Source: Lingula anatina (taxonomy: Eukaryota; Animalia; Brachiopoda). From it: a stretch of 64,000 bases of DNA. The notes below the pieces were generated by a model. That model was given only the letters and a program-made list of their open reading frames with translations, did no database searches and was not told where the DNA came from. The position numbers were made by a program, and so were the translations under genes. The DNA is taken from NCBI GenBank assembly GCA_051362555.1, contig CM120647.1, forward strand, positions 16,344,651 to 16,408,650. Direction: 5' to 3'. Of this stretch, positions 36,723 to 50,210 are shown piece by piece (within the stretch, counting starts at the first letter, position 1; each line of letters starts with the position of its first letter).

Positions 36723-38647
36723 GGGGGTATAGAAGAGAATTAATAGGTCTGCCTAGTTATCAGTAACAAAACAAAAGCCGAGTGAGAAAAAAATCAGATG
36801 AAATCCAAGCGAAGTAAAAAAAAAGATGCTGGTTGAAGGAATCAAAACACAAATATACTTTAGTAAACACTCGGCCAATTCCGTAAGTCATAACGGGAAA
36901 ATCCGAGTTTGTACGATCTTAACCGGAGATGGCAGACAATCACCTCCTCACACCATATTGCAGCGTTTTATCTTCTGATAGTCTCACAGTCTTTAATTAA
37001 AGGCCAGAAAATGAGCCTGAAAAAGATAAAAAAGATAAAGCTAATTGTTAAGGACATAATGAGGTCCATGTCTAATTTTAATGCAGTGTATCTATCATAA
37101 TTCTTTGATATAGTCTAATGGATATATTATGCATATTATGCAGAGGGTGCTTGCTATTGTTTCAATCCGACTGGATTTCTCAAAGAGAAAATGACACCAT
37201 AGGTGCAAATTCTACACTAGGCCCCTACACTTATGTCAACTGACCTCTCCATATATAACATTAATGAGCCATTCTATGTACATTAAAAAGGTCATATTTA
37301 TTTAAAACCTCTTTGCGGCGTTTCCAAATAAACTAGAAAACAGGAGAAGAATTGGAATAATAAAATTGCTTAAGTAAGCAGAACGCAAAAAGCGATTGAA
37401 AATCTTTTAAATTCACTGAATCTTTATCGAGCACATAGCGTTCAAAAAGCGTTCAAAAATATTCTCTTTAACAGTGCAACGAAAAGAAGATTGACTTTGA
37501 ACAAACATGTTCTTCCTAATTTAAAGAAAAGCACTGTTTTGCTCCCAGAAAAAAATACTGCCACATGAAAGACGTTTTTACCTATGATGTATGTATTATT
37601 ATAATTAAATTCGAAATTTATTCGAGTAAAATGCAACGGGGTGACAAATCTACACAGTGTTTCAAACATAAAAAGACTACATTTAAAGCTCTACATCGTT
37701 GTGTTGTCTTAAAATGTATACCGACAGAGAAAATATGTAAAACTCACCCAACTATTCTTTAAAGGTACCATCAAAACTTGCACCCACGTGTAACTGTAGT
37801 GTGTAGGAAGCAGTTTTGTTGAAAACACACTTGTACAACATATGCTGCACGCATTTCATATGCAAAAAGCTGTAGTAATTTTCAAAGCCACTACACATCA
37901 TTTCTGATAACAGATATAGACTTGAACCGCATGCATCGCACAGTGGCCGGTTTTATACATTAATTGTTGACAGAAAGTTGGTCTTATCTTTTGGACCACG
38001 ACTTTGAGTCTTCTTGACTTGAGGACATTTTTGCAAAAGTACACTACAATAGAGAGTAGATATTGCCCTATAACAGTATCTACTATTGTTTGTGTTTTAA
38101 ACACAAACGAAACTCTTTCATATGGAATCCACCCTCTGCGTAGGGTACGACTGCAAGAGCAAAATTTGTGAATAAGATAATGTTAAAACGAAAACCTCTT
38201 AGCAAATGATTAGTGTCAAATACGTATTCTAGGGAGTCTTATTTATCTACTTATAAAACACTGTATTTTCCCCTTTTTGGTAGTTAAGAAGCCTATTAAT
38301 GTATAAATATTCTTGTGCTCAGAATATTATGATTCAGAACTCATTATTGGACAACTACTTTCCTTACCTTAGACCAATGTAGACTAAATAGACTAAAATT
38401 TTAGTCTATCTAGAGTTTAGCCCAAGAATTTAGTCCAATATTGTCGGTCTACATTTCTTGTGTGGAACAGGTAACATGTCTGTTGTGGGGAGAATTAGCT
38501 GTCGCCATCAAACCAGAAGCATGTAGTTGAAATGACTATAAACACGATAACTATATCAAAGCCATCACGTCGCTATCGGAATTATGCATCGTGCATCTGG
38601 TTTGGAATGCTCTAATCCCATATATCATATCGTTCAGAGGTGGGTGT

Positions 38648-38697
<50 letters not shown>

Positions 38698-39992
38698 AGA
38701 AGAAGAAGAAGAAGAAAAATGACTAAGGTGTAGAGAGAGAGAATGAAGGAAAAAGAAGGTGACATAATTTTTAAGGTGAAATTATCCCTTTCAAGGCATA
38801 CATTTAGAAAGAAACCATGAGTCTGTACAAAAAGCGCCGAGCAACTAACCACACGTAAATACAAATAATTTGCAGACAAAGTTGGCATAAAGCTACATGT
38901 AACGCACACTTATCTGTTTTGCAAAAAGATGGCAAGTGCAGCATTTTTTTGCTGTCTACCACGAAATGACTTCTCAAGAAATAAAAAAGATTAGTCTAAG
39001 TTGCACAAAACCCGCAGAAATCCACTAAATAAGCTTATCAAACACCAGCTAAAAAAACTATTACTTATAACTGGACTACTACTGATTAATATTAGATTAA
39101 AATAGACCAAAAAGATCGTGGTATAAAAGTAAACACCAGCTTTCGGCCTAGAGTTACATTGTGATAATGTCCAATAGTCAGGTACCGTGACCAAATAGAC
39201 ACATGTAGTGTTAGGTAACACGTCAAGTTATCCAACAGATCACCCCACCGTGCCCATGTCCACCCCCAGGGAAATTCCTGCACCCCTATCCCCCGAGGAG
39301 ATTATATTTTATCTTCACTGACACTGTCATAAATATTTAGACCAAAATTCCAAATTCTATCCCGTGATTTTTTCTAATTTTCCTCCCTATGAAATAACAC
39401 TGTGGGGAAGTTTGATTGCTTACAGTTGGCTTGTGTTAAATTGGGAGCGTGTTTACATAAAATTCATGGCGGAGGAGTGACTATTAGCGAAATGTCCCAA
39501 CATTTTGTTTGTATGCACGCGCATCTGTAAATATTGACGCATGGAGCAGTTAGATACTTTTCAGTCATAAAAAAGTAACCCATCCTATTCCTGTACCAGG
39601 CAGAGCACTTAAACTCTCTTCTGGCGTGAAAATTGTAACCTTTCCTTCTCTAATAGAAGCGGAAACTAAAAAGGTTATATTTTCACCAATTAACCCGGGT
39701 CTTCTCGCCTATAATGAGGACCTCCAACTAAATATACATATACAAAGCAAAAATCACCGACTTAATTCTACATTTAAAGCAATTTGTGGTTCAAATGAAC
39801 GGTTTGCTGTGGTTCTGCGGCGTTCGGAACAAAAAAGAAGCACACCAGTTAAAAGTACTCGGTCGGGATATTTCAGAAATCAAAACAAATTATGATGGAA
39901 TAATTTCACGGTTGACTCAGCTGCAGGCTGCAGAGGGTTACGGAAAAAAAGGATAGCTAGTGTGAAGTTTGAGTTTAGCAATCCCGTGTTCA

Positions 39993-40026
<34 letters not shown>

Positions 40027-43000
40027 GACGAAAAAGTGACCACGACATGAGTGAGGTTGAATATATAACCCTACGTTCACATGTTATTCCTGCATTTAGT
40101 TTAGATCTTAGAACAAAAATGTAATATACGTTGAATGTTGTACAATAAATTTATGCAGTATATTATTAAACTCTGTTTTTTACAGTTACGTGTAGAAGTA
40201 GTTACAATACAAACAATAAACACATTTTATCGTTTAGTAGTCATCATTACCAAATGTACTCACTGCCTCTTCTAGACCTAGTTGTCTGTCTCAACGTTCT
40301 AAATCAAGTTTTTATATATTTTATATCCAGTAAATGTCCTAACACAATGATGAAAATATGAAATTGTAAATATAAGCTCCAAAAGTCTCGCCAGTGATAA
40401 TGTCTCGCACTATACTGTCACTGTCAGTGTAACTGCAAATGCAATAACAAACATCACAATTCTCAATTCCATGTATATTCATTACAGGCAAGTGGGATGA
40501 GTTGTAATAAACAGTAACTTGGCTTCTCTCACACATATTCTAGTACCTGTACGCCGTCAGTCAGAGAACGAAAACTCACCATCCGAAGCACGGAGAGACT
40601 CAAAGCTGCGTTCTTCATGGCCATGATGGGGTATCGATAAAAAGACGTCTACGTCTGCAAGAAGGCGCTTGGCAGTCAACAAGCCGAGATTTCGCTTTGC
40701 AAGGATGGCAGACGGTCAGCAAAAAGCGGCGTTCTTCAACTTAAAAAGTACAAGTGGCGCGGGGAGGACAGACCATTAATACACATTAAGTAGTTATGAA
40801 TTTGTCAAATTGGTCAGTCGTATGTCAGAGAGAGACAGATCTGTCCGTACCCGTCCAGCGGCATATCAGAAAGATATGCGTCTTGCCGGTAAAGCACGCT
40901 AAGCCATAGTGTCTTTAAAACTACAGGGGTGTACAAACATTTGCGGATGACCCTATTTTATTAAAAAAAGGTGTGCTTTCAGTCAGGTTTGGAGGGAAGC
41001 AAAGTTGGATGTTAATGCGATAGAATTAAAGATGTGATATTCAGCTACATTGGCAAGGGTAATGCTGAAATGGCCAACTACAAATTTACTCGAATAGATT
41101 AAATATCAAAAAAGAAACAAAGTTACTCTTACCATGTTTGTGTATCTGCGAATGTCTTTTTGTGATGACATCTATTTATTAAAATTAAAACATAGATAAG
41201 AAAAAAATGTTTTTATCCTCTTGCTGTAACCAATAATAGGCCTACATTTCCCCTGACCCTTTTATTTATTTGATCTGATGTTTATATTTTCCATGTCCTG
41301 CAGTCACAGCGAAGATGTCACGAGATTTTTGGACCCCCCTGTGCACTATCGCAGTGGACATCTCTCTGGAGTAATGTCCACCTCTAGCACCTTGGATGTG
41401 AATCGGTAATGACCAAAGGGAAGCGTTCACACTGGTCGCAATCTGGACCGCTTAGGGCGAGCAGCGGTGTGCTCACACACGCGCATGCGCACAGCTGCAC
41501 ACATAGAACATAAACGTAGGTGAACGCGCACATGAGATCAAACGCCGTAGACAATTTACTGGTCGGTTTTTTGTGGAATACAAGTAACTTAACGGTAATG
41601 TTTTAGCGGGCAAAGTCATCGTTTTAATCTCTGTGGGGATCTTTTTACCATTTGATTCATTTCACTCAGACGCATACTATTTTTCTCCTTGAATTAGGTG
41701 TTTTGGGGTGCCATATGCACCTTATGTTGTCAAACACTGGTTTTCTTCGAAAAACGGAATACTGAAAAATGTATCTTCAAATATCCAATCTCCTCCCGAA
41801 GTCGAGGCTACCAATCACCATGGACCAGATTGATAGGAAAAACTTTAGACCAAAATATGTTTTGGCTGTAAGACCGAAATGTCATTCAGCTTTGATACAA
41901 AATGAAGAAAATTAGTAGTTGTCCCGTGAAATGAAACATTGCGCCCGTTTTACAAGAAAGACATGCTAACATTTCAGACCAGTACTCGCATTACTGAAAT
42001 GGACTTCCATGGATTTTTCTTCAACTGAATTAGGAATTTGCTCTATAACTTTTGACACAATTTTCGACTAAACCTTTTTTGCAACATAGACCCGTTGGGG
42101 GGGGGGGGGGGGGGGGGGGGGGAGGGGGAGGGGGAGGGGGGCTAAAATGGCATCCAAATGAACCTGAATCGTTCTTGAGTCGGGCCAGATTCTAGGTGGA
42201 GTGAACAGACCCGGTGCTTTACACTCGATGGTTTATCTGATGAGAAGATCTGTCGTGAAGAGGGGAAAATACTCTCAACATGGAACATACTAATTTACTG
42301 TCTTCTGTACTTCATCCAAGTCTGTTCAGACCAAGAAAAGTTTCAGATCGAAAAACAGTCTCAAAAGCGTCATTTCACAGCTTTGTTGAAACCCCAGTGG
42401 GTTTAAGTATGATGCTACAAGCATTCTGAATTATCAAGGGGTGTATTCCTTGAGTGTATGGTGCTATACTAAATTATCAAGTCCCTTAAATACTCCGATG
42501 TTAAAAAGATAATCGATAACAGTGAAATAGCTTCTTCTTCTCACTAGAATAACTCCAAGGAGTGTATCAAGTAATGTGGTATCTAATGCAGTCATCAATA
42601 AAGATGCAAATATCTTAAAATATATGAGGTGACGTCACTTCCGTTGTCAACATAAAACAGTCATCAGTTGAGCGGCATTCGATATTCAAATCTTTTTACA
42701 TGGTTGCAAAAATATGTAGATAAATAAAAAAATGTCTGCACAAGTACACAAAAATTACAGACGAGACAAGCGTTTACGGTGGTCAAAATCACCCATCAAC
42801 TGACCACAAAAACCTCACATTAACTCCGTGTCCGTGAAAATCACTTGACCATGTATCCTCAGCAGTTCCGCCGCTGCAGATCTGACCGCCGTGACCATCT
42901 GTATACACACTGATTGCCTTGTTTGTGGTCAGTTGACGGACCATTTAGTGTCCGCTTCAGTGACGGACTTGGAGGGAGGCACAGCAGGCCCTTACCATCG

Positions 43001-43047
43001 AGGGTTGTGGACTCCCCTCCCTCCCCATTCACCACCTCCACTCCCAT

Positions 43048-43275
43048 CACACACACACACAAACACACAAACACACACACACACATAGACACACACACAC
43101 ACGCACACACACACACACACGCACACACACAAACACACATACAAACACACACACAAACACACACACAGACACACACACACACACGTACGTGCGCACACAC
43201 ATACGCACGCACACAAGCACGCACGCCCACAAACACGCACGCACACACACACACATACACACACAAACACACACA
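43048..43275. repeat. Compound (CA)n microsatellite, ~230 bp
   Basis: Interrupted CA repeat; explains the spurious CVCV/HTHT ORFs here. Confidence 0.95.
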
Positions 43276-44931
43276 ATAAAGCTCTTTCTGCTATCACAAT
43301 TTATACATGTACAATTTATCAATATGCACTTGGGCCTATAGCCTCTTCTTTGTACCTGTGCCTTACAGCATTGTGGCATCTGTTCAATTTTTTTACCTGG
43401 TGAATAGATATTTTCTTAAGGTGAATGTCTGACATGCAGGAAGTAAAGAAAAAGAAAAAAGGCAAAAAGTATTCCACGTCTTTTACCTCTCGTATCATAT
43501 CTTTGTGGGTAAAGTATAGGGCCTAACCACCGGAGGTTTCAGAGAACCGGCAGTCCTGGGTAGATATTTAAGAACCAAGTCTATCCTCAGTGACATAGGT
43601 TAACTTTTTTCATAGCTAGCCTGTTGTGTTAAAAAGGTTAAAAGGCAAACCATACATTAACCAACGCGTTTAGTCTTTTTTAAAGCGATTTCCTATTTTA
43701 AACTAAATTTTGATCTACTACTAAGCTTAAATGTCTTAACGGCAATCTGTATGTTGGGGTTTTGATTGTGCTTTGGAAAGTAATTAAGTGTATAGTTCAA
43801 GAATCCATCTGTCATAATTCACATCTGAGTCAGCGAGACATAAACCCACGGCGTTTGACACACCGGTGTGAGCACGCACCTTCGCGTGTTGAGAGGGACG
43901 CTGCAACAATGGTAGCATCAAACTAATGCCCGCAGTTGAATAATGTAGATCATGTTTAACAAACAAGTTCAAAGCAATTTATGAAGGTGTCAATCCTGGA
44001 TGCTACAGTAGTGGTGTTGTAAACAATTTAAGAAGTTTGGCACCCGTTTTAGTTAAGAAGGGGGGGAGGGGGGGGTCGGCAATTTGCCCATGTTTGTTTC
44101 CACTCTTGGATACATTACGTTTAGATATACATGTATAAGTGGTGCTAACCTTGCCATTTATAAAGCTATAATCGTAAAAAAAGATATAACATGTCTCTGA
44201 CATGAGTTAAAGGTAATGGTGGCGTCTGAAGAGTTGCATCTCATCACATTAACGGAAACACTGTCAAAATATATATCTTTATGTTCCTTCGAAAGATTAA
44301 AGGTTATTACGGCTGCAAAATACAGTGACTGTGGTAGCTTGGATATATCAAGTTGGGGATGTGGGAGATTTGTCACTGAGGGAGGGGGGTAGGTTGTAAT
44401 CTGATTGGGGGGGGGGGGGTCTACAATGTAGGGGTGGGGCCATGATCCGAGGGTATGAAGTCTGATTGGAGTGGGTTATATTATCTGAGAGTCTGCAATC
44501 TTGAGATTCTAAAATCGGGGGGGGGGGGGGGGGGGGTGTAAACTGAAAGACGCGAGTGGAATCGATTTGTGGTGTAAAGTAGCGCACGTGTGTGATCATA
44601 GGTATATTTGTATTGGTGACATCAAAGGAAACTCACTCACGAGCACAACATTCTTTAGACGGTTGTAAACATCTTTAATTACAGTCTTATTTAACAATCA
44701 GTCGTCTCAAATTCTCCACACTAGAAGGCACCCAAACGACAACAAATCTATCAAAAATATATCACGAACTCCCCAAGTGATAGGAGACAGGCACAGCATT
44801 TTGCCTATTTGGCGACTCTTGTCGAATATACCATCAATATTTAGCCAATTGCTAATAAAAACCTTGCTTGAAAACCTAGCTCGCAGAGTGCTGAATTGAC
44901 ACTTTAAAAAAAAAAAATAATTATCGCAATT

Positions 44932-44978
<47 letters not shown>

Positions 44979-45169
44979 GGAAGAAAATAGCCAGATGAGG
45001 GCAGGAGCGGAGGGAGAGGGAGACCTAGCGGATGTGAAGTAAAATCTGTTCTTTAAAAAATGTTAACATTCAAAAACAACTTGCCATAAAAGAGGATGAA
45101 TTTCAGTTCATATTTTTTGTTTTGCATAGATTGGGTCTTCATCTTTTTATGAATTAAACTGAACACTAT

Positions 45170-45383
45170 AGGGCGTATTCCCGTAGATTTTAGATCGATC
45201 TATCCCCGTGGGGAGTCTCACTAGATTACTGTCAGATAATCCGGCTTAAATGTCAGCCCGCCTCCTACAAGCTGTAAGGGGGTAATTAGTCTCGTGCCCG
45301 CTCGGCTGACAGCTATTTAGCGTGAACCCCCAGGGAGTTAGGTCGATCTTCTTTGGATTGATCAAATCTCTGAGAATGGGGTC
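45170..45383. mobile_element. Fold-back MITE related to family A (divergent)
   Basis: GGGCGTATTCCC..TAGATCGATCTA.CCCC..GGGAGTCTC..CCGCCTCCT...GGGAGTTAGGTCGATCT..GAGAATGGGGTC. Confidence 0.55.
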
Positions 45384-47289
45384 TTTTTCTCTCTATTGTC
45401 AGCATGCTTCTGCGCCGTTCGATAATAGGCATAGACTGGGCTCTAAAGGGCAGGGTGGGGGAAGGCAATGTCTTCATTGAAAAATAATTAGATTAAAATA
45501 GATCAATAATAACTGAAGAGACAATTTAAAAACGCCATGTAAGGCCACGTTTGTGAAGATATGCAACTGCGTCCAGATATTTTTTCTTTTATGTTAATAA
45601 ATTCTTCTTCAGTAACCATTTTAGCTTAAAAGAATCCAAGCTATGTCTATCTATCTATCTATCTATCTATCTAGAACGCCAACAACGGTATGAAGTACAA
45701 AAAAGCGGCAACAGGAATATAAGCTCACAAAATAAACAACAACACACAGCTATCAACTTACCGTTCTTTTTCACAGAGCGGTATACTCTTTCTGCGTTTA
45801 ATGATGGAGATGACCTTATTAAGATCGATTCAATATGATGTGACCCAACTACTCCAATAACAAGTGCCAAATGTGACAAAAAAAGTTTAGCCTAGTGCAT
45901 TTGGAGAACATGTACTGAAACTGTACTTTCAGACTTTCCGTGCTAAAAATACCGATCCATCATACTGAACTGCTATTCTGTGCTATACTTTCACTGAGGG
46001 TTTGAATCTTTGCATGGCTTCTTCGTCGTCTAGCATGTGAAATGACAAAACTCCCCCTGGCAATGGACATAGTTATATAAAATACGTCGGGACCCCATTT
46101 ATGATTTATTAAAATTAATGATTTGATATATGGCCCGTCAAGCTTGCTAACCCGTCCCGCCTTTCTCAGAGACCACAAGTATGCGTAAGTTGTCGTAATA
46201 GATCTCAGTCATTTCAAACAGGGGTATAAAGTTGATAAAAGATTATAATGAATATGAATTTTATGATTTGATAGTTGAAAATGATAAGGTACAGTTTTAA
46301 TTAAATTATAGTTTAATGGGGACGTAATTGATTTTGTAACAGCGTTTCTTTTTTTTTCCTTATTCAGTTAATAGTCCACGTTACTGTCCATTTCATGAAG
46401 GTCATCATATTTTGTTTTGCTTGGTTTCATATAACGTACTTTATACTTTTAACGTTCATTTCATTTATTGACATTTTCCATTATTTTAGATAATCTTATT
46501 CAATCCATTAAAAACAAATTCAACTACATTTTGAATACTGCACTTGCATGAGTTGACCTATTTATTAAGGTCGACCCGCGTCCAATAAAACATGAATGAA
46601 ATATTGTAATTGTGGTTTTATTTCTATTTAATAGCAACGATTAGGTCACGCCTTAACCTCAGGGGCAAGGTTTAATAGGAATCTCTGAGAAGTTAGTGAT
46701 TTTATCAAGTTGTCTTATCGGCTTTATCTTTGCAGGTGTGCTTTCATATGGGGGATTGTACTGGGTATGATAAGAAATATTCCAATCGTATATTTTGTTT
46801 AATTTCGCGTTGAGATTATTCAAAATACAGCTAAGATGACGATAAATAGGAAATATTAAGATCCAAATATTATTTGTTTTCTCGCTGCCAAGGTTGCATC
46901 TGTTGAGGGTGAACCAGGGTCGAGCGTATGTTCAACCACTCTGCCAGTGAAAACGTGACTGTGCTCTTCTTTAATGAAGGAGAGAATACAATATCTGTAT
47001 CAGAAACTCATTATGGCCTTGTTTTAACAAAAGAAATGGATGTACATCTCACTAGATGGTGGAGATAACGGGTTAAGTATACGAGTACATGCAGGCATTC
47101 ACATGAAGAGGAGAAAATTCACCGTACACAACAAACGTTCGATGTACAGGTCGAGGTTATAAGTAAATAAATACTATAAACAGTAAGCACAGCATAAAAC
47201 AACTATTCTACTTACATGTAAAAAATGTCAATTTCGACAGGACGCTAAAACGATTGTTTCTCTAGATGATAACGATGCGTGCGCACACG

Positions 47290-47320
<31 letters not shown>

Positions 47321-50078
47321 TATGATATTAATGTCTCCATCAATTAAGTTACAGTACTGAGGTACTTAAACTGAAATACTTTTTAATAAACGCAAACATA
47401 AATTCTGCATCAACTACAAAGAACTTCGGACTATTTGGAAAATAATTCCGCCTGCTTTACATTAGCACGCATTTAAGGCAGCGCATTTAATAGAGTCCAT
47501 TATCTCTGATCCGCAACACAAATGGGCTAATTAGTCGTGTTATAGTAAACACTAGTAAACAAACACAGAACTGCTGTTTTTTTCTACTCATAACTCTTAC
47601 CAATCCCACCCTCTACACACAGAAGTTTAAATGGCCTAACCGACGAATTTGCCGTCTCGTGACGCGCTATGGATCAAGATCTTAATAACAGTTCATGACC
47701 ATAGAATCATTCTTGTCTGTTTGAAAAGCCTGTATGTTTTTGTGAGCGTTTCTGCGTGTGACACAGCAAAGAGCGGTGCCCCACTCTCCTCTCCCTCTCC
47801 CTCCCCCCTCCTCTCTCTCTTATACATTTGTACCTAGGACCCTAGCTAGGACAAATAAACACGTGGGCCCGATCTCATACATATATAATCTACTTATGGA
47901 ATCTAGATCCAAGCCACGTACCTTGTATATTCACAATATTAGTAGATGAACATCACGTTTTTTTTTCGATTGCAGCTTTTCCTCCGGCCGTCACAATCTC
48001 AGCACGTGATCCCTGCTTCTGACGTCACAGTTTGAACACGTGTTGCCTCTGGATTTATCGTCACTGCTTTAGTTCGCTAGACTGTAGCTCTCCTTACGCC
48101 ATACCGTATATTGATTCGCCGCCGGTACATCAATAGTAGTTGAGGGGTTGGTTAATCTCCTGATTTCTGAAACCCAAAAGGTTTAACTAAATGGTGGTTT
48201 TAGGATATGTTAGAAATCAGATGAAACGATAAATAATAGGCCTACTTCTTCATCATCGTTGTTGAACTGATATTGCGCAATTTTGCACTGAGCAGAATAC
48301 AAACTCTTTACAAGACTTTGTCCCATGAGGAAGTCATATGGCATCATGTGAGCCTCCCGCGGAGCTGTTTGACGTCTTTTGTAATGTGTGTTCAACAAAA
48401 GCAAATTGCCTGATGAAATACACGTAAAACATAGTTCAATGTTAGTTTTATTACCGTAGTGCTATCACAGAATAAAAAAATAACGTGGCTATAGAATCCG
48501 ACGTGACCGAGATCATCTTCGTCTACGAAATGATTGCCCTGGGTTTCAAAGTTTATGGGGAAGTCACCGCTATAATCACAAATACCTGAACTGTTTTATT
48601 TATTTATTTATTTATTTATTTATATTTGTTTTTTTCATGCTCGAAGCGTTGCAAATCATTTTCTAAATTTTGCATTCTTCCCTGTGCCCCCCCCTCCTTT
48701 CCACTAGAAGATACCGGATCCTCCAGTATCCCCTGGCTAATAATCCAGTCTACTAAAAACCGCGGTGCCTGGGCTAAGTTAAGTCTATTCCGCTCACCCG
48801 CGGGACACGGTGCTCGGATTACGTCGCCACGGCGGTGCGACAGACGCGTTGTTTCGACGCAGTTTCTGCACTGCTCCACGGAGGCCGCTTTCAAACATGT
48901 CAATTATAAGTACTCTCTGAGCACGAGGTGCGCTAGCTGCCTGTTATAAAAATGTTGTATGGTTCACACTGTAATCTTGTGTTCTAGTTTAGAAGCCCCT
49001 GATATAGGAGGTTAACTCATAAGCCCAAGTAGGAGGCTCTCTCTGACCACAGGGGTCGCTAGTAGTCTCTTACTAATTTTTTCAATCTTCTTCAATTTTG
49101 TCTTCTATATTAGCAGCCCTTGTATTTCAGGTAAGGAGGAGGGTGAGACTGACGGGGATGCACTCCTTGCTTTCTATGCGCCATTGCACTTAGAAGTGTA
49201 ATGTAAGTATTGTCCACAGGCTAAATCGTTAATGAAATAAGAGATTATCTTTATGTTGTTATGTCCAAATTCTGTGTGTTAAGAACCGCGACAAAATTCA
49301 ACAACACGAACCGGTTGTGACTCGTTAAGCCACTGTGAAAGTGAGCCAAAATTTCATTCTCGAAGCCGTCTCAAGCCAAGTTTAGCAGAGGCTTAAAAGC
49401 AGCGGTATGAAATGTTAATTGAAAAAAAAACGGCTCCCAATTTTTTTTTCATATTCTAGTTTCGCAGAAAAACCTAAGACCGATTAATGGATTCAACTTA
49501 AAGTTTGAACATTTTGTTCTACTATAGAAGTTAAATCAACATACGTAAAATGACTACTGGTATAAAAACTTTCATATATTTATGTCATGTCATATAGAAA
49601 AACACAATGTATATCATTTTAAAAAGTGGGTCGCTGCAGATTTCACATAAGTCAAAGTAGACAACATTTTCGGCATTTAAGTTAACCCCAAATTCAGATC
49701 AAAATTATGTAAACGTTGTTAAACTTCCCATTTGTTAAGATGAGGTTGCAACCCCCCCCCCTCCCCTTCTTCCTCTGTATCCTTCTGTTGAAAAGAAATT
49801 TGTAGCAGCAGCAGTGACTTAATAAAATAATTGCGGTTCACTACCACTGTCCACAATCATCCTCTTATTAAATTTGTTAACACAGATAAAATCGCAGGCC
49901 CTGGTACGAGATGCGTCAACAAGTCCACTTTTCGTCCACTCTATGTCCACTTAATGGTCACTAAGTGGCTGGAATTACAAAGAAGTTATCAGAGCGGACA
50001 ATGGCGGAAGGCTGCATGGACTTACAAATCTCTTTGGTGTACAGGCTGGTTGATGTGAGGAGGATAATACACATGAAT

Positions 50079-50210
50079 GGGTCCACTCCCGATGAAACTA
50101 TCATTCTATATAGATCGATCCAACTCCCAGGGGACTCTAGCTGAATGCAATTAGCAGATTAACATGCCTCCTCTTGGCGTTGAGCAGAAAACAGAAAAAA
50201 AAACTGGTGA
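50079..50210. mobile_element. Half copy of MITE family A
   Basis: TAGATCGATCCAACTCC..GGGACTCT.GCTGAATGCAAT..CAGATTAACA.GCCTCCTC is the reverse complement of the right arm at 34550-34679. Confidence 0.7.

Noticed and set aside
38388-38409. Perfect 22-bp palindrome ATAGACTAAAATTTTAGTCTAT
   Set aside because: AT-rich, isolated and probably a remnant of a small fold-back element; no supporting function
42859-43379. ORFs of 100-137 aa rich in CV or HT
   Set aside because: Translations of a (CA)n microsatellite
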